A stretch of 26,307 bases of DNA from Oligoflexia bacterium (GCA_043732305.1 JAYTHU010000179.1:1-26307); one strand, 5' to 3'; numbered from the stretch's first letter, positions 12,189 through 21,560 are shown. The notes: generated by a model not told the origin, from the letters alone. A program made the numbers and translations.

Positions 12189-12217
12189 TATATAGTGTCC
12201 CGGAGCCTCCTAGTCAA
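12189..12217 (-). promoter_or_regulatory. Putative sigma70 promoter of miaB
   Basis: Minus strand TTGACT-17 nt-TATATA, ending 6 nt before the ATG. Confidence 0.5.
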
Positions 12218-12241
12218 CCCCTGAAGGGCGATATTTTCCTA

Positions 12242-12270
12242 ATGAAATTGGACGCTTCTTTGACTATCAT
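12242..12270 (+). promoter_or_regulatory. Putative sigma70 promoter of the 12277 ORF
   Basis: ATGAAA-17 nt-TATCAT, ending 6 nt before ATG 12277. Confidence 0.45.
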
Positions 12271-12276
12271 GCGTGA

Positions 12277-12717
12277 ATGGAATCAAGAAAACCGACTTCG
12301 ACCGCCAAGCTCAAACAAGAGCTTCCTAAGGACTCAATCAAGCTCATTCGAGAGGTTATTGAGAAAAATTTTCCGCAACTGTCTAAAGACAATGAAGTCG
12401 TTGTGAAGGGACAACTTTTCCCTCAGGAAATTTTGCTTTTGATTGGATTTCGCAAGAAGGAAGGAATCAAGCAATCAAATTTTCTTTCTTCGATCGACCA
12501 CAATCTGAAAAAAAAGAATACGATGTCGCAAATTTATCTTTCGGTCGATGCCATTGGATCCATGATTCAACAGTTTGTGGAGGCCGATGAAGACATTGAA
12601 CTTCCCGGAGATTGGACAGAATTCTCTCTTGAGGGTCAAAAAATATTCATGAGATTTGACACTGCCAACACGGAGTTAGAAGAAAAAGCTAATTTGCTTT
12701 TGGATCCAGAAGAGTAA
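12277..12717 (+). CDS. Hypothetical protein (146 aa)
   Basis: Clean ORF with protein-like composition filling the gap between divergent and convergent genes. Confidence 0.75.
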   Translation: MESRKPTSTAKLKQELPKDSIKLIREVIEKNFPQLSKDNEVVVKGQLFPQEILLLIGFRKKEGIKQSNFLSSIDHNLKKKNTMSQIYLSVDAIGSMIQQFVEADEDIELPGDWTEFSLEGQKIFMRFDTANTELEEKANLLLDPEE

Positions 12718-12719
12718 TT

Positions 12720-14267
12720 TTACTTTCGCAAGGTTGACTGCAAGAAATTTTCAGCGGCATAAGAATAAAAACTATTTATTTCAGCACTATCCACGTGAAG
12801 CTCTTTTACGCCACTAACCATAAATTTATCTCGCATCTCGTGAGAAAAAACCTGGCCGCGCTTGAGATACTTCAGATATTTTTTATTTTTTGGCATGTGC
12901 ATGTAAAGATCAAAACTAATCTTTGCACCAGGCGTGAGATCGCGCTCAATCATCAGTGCAAATCTATCGTCTCGCTCTTCTAGTTCAGCATTATAAGGGC
13001 AAGAGAAAAAAGCCATCGCAATGCCGGTCATTTTCGAAGTCACAAAAAAGTCAGACTCAAGTCTTGCCCATTCCAAAAAATTCACTTGATCCACTTCCAG
13101 CTGCATCACTTGAATAGGAGTCATAACCACTTCGCCGAATGACCCCATTTCATCAACAATAACATCATTGGCTTTTTGCATCGTTGCCGCTTGATGTTCG
13201 TCGGTTGCGGTCACACAAATGAGATAACCATGGAAGCGCGGTGATGAAATAGTCGAGAGGGTGATTTTGCTCACTTCAGTTGATTCATTAAATTTGTGTA
13301 GATAGATTTGCGCATTTTTCAAATAACTAAACTTCACCGCCCGAGCGAGTAAAGACAAATGGTCCTGATTTTCAGTCGTAGAAACCGGCTGCAGATCGAC
13401 ATCTTTTTCATCAAGTGGGAATTGTTTTTCAGCAACGTCTGATTTAACTTCCGCTAGAAAATCTCCAAACTCCTCCATTTGACCATTGCCCAAAATGGCA
13501 GGCTCTACCGGCTCAATTAGATTCAGATATATTCCGGCCATTTCATCAGCCACCAAACCGCTGTCAAAACCAGCGTCAAGTTGCTTGCTCAGGGCGGCTT
13601 CAAATTCATTTGCGACTCTCTTGGAATCGCTTTTGATAAATCGAACTTGTGAGCCCGTCTCTAGACCATTCTCATCATACCATTTTTTTTCTTTGGCATT
13701 GTATTTTGGAACCTTGGCGCCTTTGAAGAAATAATAACCGCCAAAATTTTTTGTCCAACCGTTTTTGCCGTGCCAATTTTTCTCGTGAGGATTGGCAGGA
13801 TTCGTTTTTTGATCCCAATCAAGATTTTCCAAAGGTTCGTCAGTTTGAAACAGCGCCGCGCGGGCTTTTTTCTCTGCCGTCGCAAACGCACGCAATCGCA
13901 TCAAAAGACTTGGACCACTCACGGGAGAGAGAAGAAAATCCGTGATGCCACTTGCCATGAGAGTCTTGTTGGTTTGTCTGGTTAATTCTTCCGGAAAAAC
14001 GATGCAGGGAATTTTGAATCGATCACTCAAAAGAGTGTACATTTTCTTAAGGTCGATGCCTTTGAGATTCCAACTGAGGAGCACAGCTTTGGGTCGGGCA
14101 ATTGTCATAGCTTTGATTAATTCTGGAATGGAATGGACAACTAAAATGCCGTATCCATGAGCTTCCACATAGGAAAACGGCGCATAAACGTTTCTACGTT
14201 TGTTTACGACAGCTATGGCTGTGATATTTGAAGTCGCATGCGATCTCGGAAGTATACCCATGAACAT
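12720..14267 (-). CDS. Hypothetical signalling protein with degenerate receiver-like N-terminus
   Basis: N-terminal ~125 aa have REC-like topology (RPKAVLLSWN...GITDFLLSPVS) without the canonical Asp/Lys. C-terminal FDLYMHMPKNKKYLKYLKRG module resembles segments found before HD-GYP domains. Confidence 0.65.
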   Translation of the reverse strand: MFMGILPRSHATSNITAIAVVNKRRNVYAPFSYVEAHGYGILVVHSIPELIKAMTIARPKAVLLSWNLKGIDLKKMYTLLSDRFKIPCIVFPEELTRQTNKTLMASGITDFLLSPVSGPSLLMRLRAFATAEKKARAALFQTDEPLENLDWDQKTNPANPHEKNWHGKNGWTKNFGGYYFFKGAKVPKYNAKEKKWYDENGLETGSQVRFIKSDSKRVANEFEAALSKQLDAGFDSGLVADEMAGIYLNLIEPVEPAILGNGQMEEFGDFLAEVKSDVAEKQFPLDEKDVDLQPVSTTENQDHLSLLARAVKFSYLKNAQIYLHKFNESTEVSKITLSTISSPRFHGYLICVTATDEHQAATMQKANDVIVDEMGSFGEVVMTPIQVMQLEVDQVNFLEWARLESDFFVTSKMTGIAMAFFSCPYNAELEERDDRFALMIERDLTPGAKISFDLYMHMPKNKKYLKYLKRGQVFSHEMRDKFMVSGVKELHVDSAEINSFYSYAAENFLQSTLRK

Positions 14268-14324
14268 ACTTCGGTATTTCTACCGTAAATGTTCACAGGG
14301 CCAAGGACTAGCTAAAAAGCTAGA

Positions 14325-14993
14325 CTAGAATCCGCCATCGTCGTCGTCGGTATTGGTTGTGTGAGTGCCACGAATTTCTTCAGTGAAGCGATTATCTTCT
14401 TCTTCACTCTCAGCATCTTCAGCATCATCAGCATCCATTTCGGTGATGATCGTGTTGAATTCTTTTTCCGACAAAAGATCTTTGCGCAAGATTTCTAAAT
14501 ATTTATCAGGATATCTTAGAGTCAGAGCTTCGATGTATTTATCAAGCTTTCCACCATCCAAAATTTTGGTTTTCGTTTTTCCACGTTTCCAAAACATGAT
14601 GTAATGAAGTCGGCAATGTCCTTCGATAACTGCAATTTCATCACAGTCGATGACTTTACAGTAACGTTTGCCATCAGCATCGGTAAGGATAACTTCTTCC
14701 CCTTCAACGGCTTCTAAAGCAATTGATTTATCATCGGAGCCGGCATCGCTAGATTTTACTTTGCTCGACTTTCCTTTAACAGATTTCTCGCCAGCAGGAG
14801 ATTCATCAATGGTGAAACCAGCTTTACGAATTTCATCTTTTACTTTTTGTTTTGGGGATTTAGCACTGCTGGGTTTAGCTACAACCTTCACAGCGGTCTT
14901 CGCTGCAGGTTTTGCAACCACTTTTGCAGCTTTCACTGGGACAGTTTTCTTGGCTTTAGGTGTCAATTTTGCTTTTTTAATTTTTTTGCTCAT
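14325..14993 (-). CDS. Hypothetical protein: Lys/Ala-rich N-terminus, C-x4-C-x9-C-x2-H motif, acidic tail
   Basis: Read from the translation. GGAGG SD and TTGACA (15041-15046, minus strand) upstream. Confidence 0.8.
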   Translation of the reverse strand: MSKKIKKAKLTPKAKKTVPVKAAKVVAKPAAKTAVKVVAKPSSAKSPKQKVKDEIRKAGFTIDESPAGEKSVKGKSSKVKSSDAGSDDKSIALEAVEGEEVILTDADGKRYCKVIDCDEIAVIEGHCRLHYIMFWKRGKTKTKILDGGKLDKYIEALTLRYPDKYLEILRKDLLSEKEFNTIITEMDADDAEDAESEEEDNRFTEEIRGTHTTNTDDDDGGF

Positions 14994-15108
14994 CTATTTA
15001 ATAGCCTCCACATAGTAGCTGTAGAGACCCACTCTCCCCTTGTCAAACGAATTTTTTACAATTAAAACCGTATCATACACATAGAACTACAATCTTTTTG
15101 GAGGAATC

Positions 15109-16302
15109 ATGGCCGGATCAGTAGAAACAATTGTCATCACCGCCGCCGCCCGTACACCCATCGCTGCATTTAATAGCACACTTTCAGGATTAAGCGCGCC
15201 GCAATTGGGAGCCCTAGCAATAAAAGAGGCAATCACCCGTGCCGGAATTAAACCAGATCAAGTCAGCGAAGTCATTATGGGAAATGTTTTAACCGCAGGC
15301 GTAGGCCAAGCCCCAGCTCGGCAAGCTGCTATCTTCGCAGGACTTCCAAACTCAACGCCCGCTATGACCATCAATAAAGTTTGCGGAAGCGGCTTGAAAG
15401 CAGTCATGCTCGGCGCACAAGCGATCATGGCTGGAGATGCTGAAGTTGTCGTAGCAGGTGGACAAGAGAGCATGTCCAATGCTCCGCATTTGCTTGAAAA
15501 ATCGCGACTTGGTTTTAAAATGGGAAATATTGTCATGGCCGATTCCATGGTCAAAGATGGACTCTGGGATGTTTACAATAACTATCATATGGGAAGTGCC
15601 GCAGAACTTTGCGCTCGAGAGAAAAATATTTCTCGCGAATCTCAAGATGCTTTCACAATTGAAAGTTACAAACGCGCGCAACTTGCAATCAAAGAAGGAT
15701 TTTTCAAAGCCGAAATTTTTACTGTCCAAGCAACTCCCCCTGGTTCACGTGAAGCTGTGCACTTCATTGAAGACGAAGAGCCATTTAAAGTTAAATTCGA
15801 TAAAATCCCCACGCTCAAACCAGTTTTTGAAAAAACAGGAAGCGTCACTGCTGCCAATGCAAGCAGCATCAATGATGGCTCCTGCGCGTTAGTAGTGATG
15901 TCCGAAAGCAAAGCAAAATCTCTGGGAGTAAAACCGATGGTAAAAATCATCGCGCAAGCTACTGCTGCCCAAGCGCCCGAGTGGTTCACCACAGCTCCTG
16001 CGAAAGCCATGCACATGGTTTTGAAAAAGGCAGGATTAGAACTCAAGGACATTGATCTTTTTGAAATCAACGAAGCTTTTGCTTTAGTAGCACTCGCAAC
16101 TATTCAAGAACTTCAACTTGATCCAGCACGTGTGAATATCAATGGCGGCGCTGTTGCATTGGGACATCCTATCGGTGCCAGCGGTGCGAGAATTCTCACA
16201 ACACTCATTCACAACATGCAAAGAGTGAAAGCAAAACGCGGCATGGTTAGCATTTGCATCGGTGGCGGGGAAGCTTCTGCCGTCATTGTCGAAAGAATCT
16301 AA
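15109..16302 (+). CDS. atoB: Acetyl-CoA C-acetyltransferase (thiolase)
   Basis: NKVCGSG, NEAF, GHPIGASG and CIGGG motifs; GGAGGA SD. Confidence 0.93.
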   Translation: MAGSVETIVITAAARTPIAAFNSTLSGLSAPQLGALAIKEAITRAGIKPDQVSEVIMGNVLTAGVGQAPARQAAIFAGLPNSTPAMTINKVCGSGLKAVMLGAQAIMAGDAEVVVAGGQESMSNAPHLLEKSRLGFKMGNIVMADSMVKDGLWDVYNNYHMGSAAELCAREKNISRESQDAFTIESYKRAQLAIKEGFFKAEIFTVQATPPGSREAVHFIEDEEPFKVKFDKIPTLKPVFEKTGSVTAANASSINDGSCALVVMSESKAKSLGVKPMVKIIAQATAAQAPEWFTTAPAKAMHMVLKKAGLELKDIDLFEINEAFALVALATIQELQLDPARVNINGGAVALGHPIGASGARILTTLIHNMQRVKAKRGMVSICIGGGEASAVIVERI

Positions 16303-16317
16303 TGAAGAGAGAATTCA

Positions 16318-17016
16318 ATGAAAAAAGTATTTAACTCTGCGGATGCGGCCATTTTCGATGTACTTGATGGAGCCAGTATCATGTGCGGAGGCTTTGGACT
16401 TTGCGGCATTCCGGAAAATCTTATTAAAGCGTTGCTGAAAAAAGGGACAAAGAATTTAACCTGCATTTCTAATAATGCCGGCATTGATGATTTTGGCCTG
16501 GGCATTGTCATGAAGAACAATCAAATAAAAAAAATGATTTCAAGTTACGTCGGAGAGAATCAGACCTTCGCTCGACAGTTCTTGAGCGGAGCTCTTGACG
16601 TAGAGCTTTGTCCACAAGGGACTTTAGCCGAACGAATTCGTGCTGGCGGAGCCGGCATCCCCGCCTTCTTTACTCCCACGGGAGTCGGCACTTTGGTTGC
16701 TGAAGGCAAAGAAGTTCGCCAGATTGATGGTCGGGATTATGTTTTAGAAAAAGCACTCAAAGCGGATTTCGCATTTGTGAAAGCTTGGCGCGGTGACAAG
16801 TATGGAAATTTAATTTTCAAACAATCCACTCGTAACTTCAATCCGATGATGGCCACCGCCGCTAAAATCACAATTGCTGAAGTAGAAGAATTAGTAGAAA
16901 TTGGCGAACTTGATCCAGACCAAATTCACACGCCAGGTGTTTACGTGAAGAGGATTTTCCAAGGACCTTCCTATGAAAAACGGATTGAAAATCGAACAGT
17001 TAGAGCAAACCCCTAA
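16318..17016 (+). CDS. scoA: 3-oxoacid CoA-transferase subunit A
   Basis: [38 protein letters not shown] and NFNPMMA. Confidence 0.93.
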   Translation: MKKVFNSADAAIFDVLDGASIMCGGFGLCGIPENLIKALLKKGTKNLTCISNNAGIDDFGLGIVMKNNQIKKMISSYVGENQTFARQFLSGALDVELCPQGTLAERIRAGGAGIPAFFTPTGVGTLVAEGKEVRQIDGRDYVLEKALKADFAFVKAWRGDKYGNLIFKQSTRNFNPMMATAAKITIAEVEELVEIGELDPDQIHTPGVYVKRIFQGPSYEKRIENRTVRANP

Positions 17017-17030
17017 GAAAAGGATTTCAT

Positions 17031-17705
17031 TTGTTAGATCGAGATCAAATCGTCAAACGCATCGCTAAAGAAATCAAAGATGGATTTACGGTGAATCTTG
17101 GCATTGGCATGCCCACATTAGTTGCCAATCACATTCCGGACGGAATTGACGTGGTTTTACAGAGCGAAAATGGACTTTTAGGAATGGGACCCTTCCCATT
17201 TGAAAAAGACATCAACGCAGATTTGGTGAATGCGGGAAAACAAACGGTGACGGTGTTGCCTGGCGGAAGTTTTTTTTCAAGTGCAGATTCGTTTGCCATG
17301 ATTAGAGGCGGACATATTGACCTCACCGTTTTAGGATCCATGCAAGTCGACGAGCTCGGAGATTTAGCCAACTGGATGATTCCCGGAAAAATGGTTAAAG
17401 GCATGGGCGGAGCAATGGATCTGGTTGCAGGTGCAAAGCGCGTCGTCGTGGCGATGCAACACGTTGATCAAAAAACCGGCGAGAGAAAAGTCTTAAAAAA
17501 ATGCACGCTACCACTCACTGGGCAAGGCGTTGTTGATTTGATTGTGACTGATCTTGCAGTTATGGAAATTGGATTTAAACTAGGACTAGGCGATGGTCTT
17601 GTGCTGCGAGAAATCGCCCCCGGATACACCATCGAAGATATCCGTAAGTTGACCGAAGCTCATTTGATAGTCGCTGGCGAAGTTAAAATCATTAGTGTAA
17701 ACTGA
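17031..17705 (+). CDS. scoB: 3-oxoacid CoA-transferase subunit B
   Basis: VNLGIGMP, active-site SENG and [13 protein letters not shown] start with AAGGA SD. Confidence 0.93.
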   Translation: MLDRDQIVKRIAKEIKDGFTVNLGIGMPTLVANHIPDGIDVVLQSENGLLGMGPFPFEKDINADLVNAGKQTVTVLPGGSFFSSADSFAMIRGGHIDLTVLGSMQVDELGDLANWMIPGKMVKGMGGAMDLVAGAKRVVVAMQHVDQKTGERKVLKKCTLPLTGQGVVDLIVTDLAVMEIGFKLGLGDGLVLREIAPGYTIEDIRKLTEAHLIVAGEVKIISVN

Positions 17706-17709
17706 TTTT

Positions 17710-18711
17710 ATGACAGCGCCTCAAGGTGGATCAAACCACATCAAAAAATTAAACAATGGTGATATTTTGTTTCGCGAAGGCGATTCCCCTGACAGCATGT
17801 ATGTTGTCAAACGCGGACGCCTCATAGTTTTCAAACAAAAAGGAAATTCTGAAATCGAACTCGCAACTGTGAACGTGGGTCAGATGGTTGGCGAGATGGC
17901 ATTTTTTGATCGCAAACCTCGCAGCGCTTCTGCCCGCGCCGATTTAGACACTGAAGTTATTGAATTGCCGTTCAAATCTTTGCAAGCGCAATTTGACACT
18001 TTTCCTGAATGGATCAAAGCGATTGTTAAAACAATCAATGAACATTTGCGCGATGCCAACAAGCGCATTAAGAGTTTAGAACAAGTCGATGACAAAGGTG
18101 GCTCACCAAAAGCTTTGAATCCCCATCAAGCAAGCAAGCTTTGCTCCATACTTTCTTTTGTTGGCCAGAGATATGGAACGGCAGATGCAGTTGATGGCGG
18201 ATTAGAAATACCCAGTGGGACACTTAGAAAATTCACGATTCAGGTGTTTCAAGAACCAACCGCAAAAATGCAAATTCTCATTGGTTGTCTTCAAAGTTTA
18301 GGAATTGTGAAATTCCAAGAATTGGGTGAAGGACGAGTTAAAATAAACTTGCTGAAACCCGACGTTCTTCAAGGATTTGTCGAATGGTTCAATGAGTATC
18401 TCTACACTTCCGAAGAAAAACGCGTGACGCTTGTTGAAGACGACATGAAAGCGCTGCGGGCACTCGTTTTTTATTCTGAGCGAAATGTCGCCGATGCAAA
18501 AGGTATTTCCAAAATCAATCTCACTGCCGTACAAAATGAATCGATGAAAGACCTTGGTTTTTTGGTGACGGCCGCAGACTTCAACAAGCTCATCACCAAG
18601 GGCATTTGCAGTGAAAAGATTCAAGAAAAAGATGGCCTAAGCGTCTCAGTTGAATCTCAATCAGTTGAAAAACTTTTTTTATTTTGGCAGATAGCGCACA
18701 GTATTTCCTGA
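17710..18711 (+). CDS. Cyclic nucleotide-binding domain protein (Crp/Fnr-like)
   Basis: LFREGD...MYVVKRG...GEMAFFDRKPRSASARA cNMP cassette; C-terminal segments may be winged helices. Confidence 0.85.
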   Translation: MTAPQGGSNHIKKLNNGDILFREGDSPDSMYVVKRGRLIVFKQKGNSEIELATVNVGQMVGEMAFFDRKPRSASARADLDTEVIELPFKSLQAQFDTFPEWIKAIVKTINEHLRDANKRIKSLEQVDDKGGSPKALNPHQASKLCSILSFVGQRYGTADAVDGGLEIPSGTLRKFTIQVFQEPTAKMQILIGCLQSLGIVKFQELGEGRVKINLLKPDVLQGFVEWFNEYLYTSEEKRVTLVEDDMKALRALVFYSERNVADAKGISKINLTAVQNESMKDLGFLVTAADFNKLITKGICSEKIQEKDGLSVSVESQSVEKLFLFWQIAHSIS

Positions 18712-18986
18712 CCAAAAAATTTCTTTGCAGCCTCCAGAATCTTACCTACCAAATTTCGACTTGCCCCAATTGATGTTAAACCCATTTGAGCCACTATTTC
18801 CAGCGTTGTAAGATCTGCAAACAACTATCGCGCGTGATATTTGATTGCTTTTTTAATGCTCATAAATTCGACACAATTTAGATAATATTATTCCCTAAAA
18901 GTTTTGTAAGCGATCTAAATTTAAAAGAAAATCGCTGCGGAATAACAGAAAATCGTGTCCTAAATAATTCTCTCCAATAAGAATTC

Positions 18987-20720
18987 ATGAAGATAAAAAT
19001 TAGAATCCCAGCGGCGCTAGTTTTGGTTTTGGCACTATTTTTAGTAACCCCAGTTTTCCTAGGGCAAGCTTGCACAAGTCAAAGCTTACTAGGAACAAAT
19101 TTAGAGGGATCATCTTCAGCAAGGTCTGTCCGCGGCGGCGGAACGACTATCACGCCGATCGCACCCATTCGACAAAACGCTCCAAACCCTTTCAACATGG
19201 GCATGAATACGCCTGGTCTTATCTATTACAACAACGTCCCAGTCTATGCGGATTTAGCTCTCGGAATATCTGGAAATAACGGTCCGTGGGATGCGGGAAA
19301 TGCAGCCGCTACACTTGATAGTACCGGCGCCCCAACAGCGGCTAGGTGGTCTGCCATCTCGAGTTATTATCCAAGCGGCGCGTACACCGTTAGCTGGGAT
19401 GGAACTGGAACTTTTTCTGCGAGCATCAATGCGGTCATGGGTTCGATTACAAAAACGATCGTCAACGGCGTTCAACACAACGTCGCGATCATGACAACCA
19501 CTCAGACAAAAGACGCTTGGTTTAATTTCAATGCGACTACTCCAATCACCAACATTCACATTATGTCTCCCGCGAGCGTTCAATACGGGCCCAGCATGTT
19601 CACCAAAGATTTCATTTCTAACATTCAAGGTTTTTTTACTTTAAGATTCATGGACTCTTTCAACACCAATGGGAGTTCCGTTCAGAATTGGTCCGATCGA
19701 ACATGGCCCACTGAAGGAAGCCGCGCCGACAGATCTCAAGGCATGGCTTATGAAGATGTCGTGGCACTTGCTAACGTCATTGGCCAAGATATTTATGTGA
19801 ACATTCCCGGAATGGCAACGGACGATTACGTTTGCAGACTTGCAAGATTATTTCGATACGGTGAATTCGGTAACAAAAGTAATTCCGCTTGCAGTCTGTC
19901 TGCTCCAAGTTCTGCTACTGCAGGATCAGTTAGAATTAATTCTACCTCGAAAATTATTTTCGAATATTCAAACGAGACGTGGAATTCTGGCCTCACAGAA
20001 TGGGAAGATGCGTTTTGCATGAAATGGGGAATCCCCGATCAGAATTATAGAACTTGTCGTCTCACTTCTCCAACAAGTGTCATTGGTAAAGCGGCACTCG
20101 CCAATTCTTCACTCGGTTGGAATTCCAACGTCTGGGGGAGATCCAGCGAATTTGCAATGGTCCTCACAAAACGTGTGAGCGATATCACCAAAACTGTTTT
20201 TAGTAGCAGATCTTATCAAGTTAAAATGGCAATCAACATTCAATCGGCGCCAGAGGCCCATGCCGATTGAATGTTGATTGCCGGAGACTTACCGGAGAAA
20301 AATAAATTTGATTTACCTATTATAGCCTACGAAGGCGGACAGGGCCTAGATGGTTCAACCAACCAGGCTGCTAAAGTTGCCGCGCAAAGTGACGTGCGCA
20401 TATTCACTGCTTACAGGCAGTATTATGCAATTTGGGACAAACTCATTGGTATGCCAGCCCAGTAGGGCTCTCGGGGATCACTCGTCGATCAAAGTGATCT
20501 TGGTTCGCAAAAATTTGATGCTCTCTTGTCACTAGCTCGAACTCCCGGTGACGCCAATCTTGACGGAGTCGTCCACGACGCCGATTGTGCCATCGTTAAA
20601 TCCAACATGGGCAAATCCGGTATGTTCTGGATGCAAGGCGACTTCAACCACGACGGTGTCGTAAACGCCTCCGACATGGCCCGACTCAACACCTACACCA
20701 CCGGCAGCATCTGCCAATAG
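18987..20720 (+). pseudogene. Secreted glycoside-hydrolase-like ('cellulose-binding protein' type) lipoprotein with C-terminal dockerin-like domain, interrupted by two in-frame stops
   Basis: ORFs 18987-20270, 20271-20465 and 20526-20720 share one frame, with stops TGA 20268-20270 and TAG 20463-20465. Motifs LRFMD, VNIP, EYSNETWN, IAYEGGQ, GSRGSL (cf. GSWG), SQKFDAL and GDANLDG...GDFNHDG. Confidence 0.8.
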
Positions 20721-20753
20721 GTACCAGCTTCCTTTTTGTCCAGAGTTGCGTCA
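20718..20753 (+). repeat. Left inverted repeat TAGGTACCAGCTTCCTTTTTGTCCAGAGTTGCGTCA
   Basis: Matches the reverse complement of 21518-21553 except at 20745. Confidence 0.95.
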
Positions 20754-20878
20754 ATTCCGCTTTCTTAAGTTTTGGTATCCGTGTTCCGGGCAATTTAGTT
20801 CCGCAACAATGTTAGTCGGACGCGATACCGTCTAAATGCCAATCAAGCTAGATACTAAAATTGCAAATACATAGAATT

Positions 20879-21520
20879 ATGCCTAGAAGAAACGCGCCGA
20901 AAAACTCAAGCCTCCCCTATCACGTCACGGCTCGCTGCACGAACAAGGAATGGTTCTGCATTCCGATGCCAGAAGTCTGGTCAATAATGGAAAACTACCT
21001 TTGGTTTATCGTTGGAGCCTTCCAAATAGAAATTATAGCTTTTGTTCTCATGCCGAATCATTTTCATCTTATCGTGCGGAGTCCGAAAAACAATCTTGCA
21101 GAGGCGATGAATTATTTTATGAGAGAAACAAGTAAACGAATTGGAGAATCAAGTGGACGAATCAATCAGATTTTCGGAGGACGATTTCACAGGACAGTGA
21201 TCACCACAGAACACTACTTAAATCACGCTTACAAATACGTTTATCGCAATCCGGTTAAAGCTGGAATTTCATTGGCTGCGGAAGAATATCCATACTCTAC
21301 GTTGGCAGGAAAATTGGGGAAAACGCCTCTTTATATCCCCGTACTAGAAGATAATATTTTATTCGGTCGTTCACCAGAGGTTGCCATAGAGTGGATAAAT
21401 AGGAATCCCACCGAAGCCAAAAACGAATCAGTAAAATTAGCCCTGAGAAGGAGCACTTTTACTTTGCCCAGAGATTCAATTACAAAAAATTCGAATGCTT
21501 TGGAGACTGAAGACTTATGA
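20879..21520 (+). CDS. REP-associated tyrosine transposase-like protein (RAYT/TnpA-REP, Y1 HUH family)
   Basis: MPRR start, YHVTAR, HUH motif FVLMPNHFHL, FGGRF, catalytic-Tyr region YVYRNPVKAG and YPYST. Confidence 0.92.
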   Translation: MPRRNAPKNSSLPYHVTARCTNKEWFCIPMPEVWSIMENYLWFIVGAFQIEIIAFVLMPNHFHLIVRSPKNNLAEAMNYFMRETSKRIGESSGRINQIFGGRFHRTVITTEHYLNHAYKYVYRNPVKAGISLAAEEYPYSTLAGKLGKTPLYIPVLEDNILFGRSPEVAIEWINRNPTEAKNESVKLALRRSTFTLPRDSITKNSNALETEDL

Positions 21521-21553
21521 CGCAAGTCTGGACAAAAAGGAAGCTGGTACCTA
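21518..21553 (-). repeat. Right inverted repeat TGACGCAAGTCTGGACAAAAAGGAAGCTGGTACCTA
   Basis: Partner of 20718-20753; mismatch at 21526. Confidence 0.95.
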
Positions 21554-21560
21554 AGCTACC

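Larger units (their letters stand above)
20718..21553. mobile_element. 836-bp unit: HUH/Y1 transposase gene bounded by 36-bp terminal inverted repeats
   Basis: Left 20718-20753 and right 21518-21553 are reverse complements with one mismatch. Confidence 0.8.

Noticed and set aside
14262..14295. Sigma28-like promoter (ACCGAA) before the 515-aa gene
   Set aside because: Poor match to TAAA-N15-GCCGATAA.
20268..20465. Sec/Pyl or alternative-code readthrough of the in-frame TGA and TAG
   Set aside because: Two different stops are involved, both serve as real stops elsewhere in the window, and neighbouring motifs are also degraded.
20850..20865. Sigma54 promoter before the transposase (AGATAC-N5-TTGCA)
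   Set aside because: The invariant -24 GG is absent.
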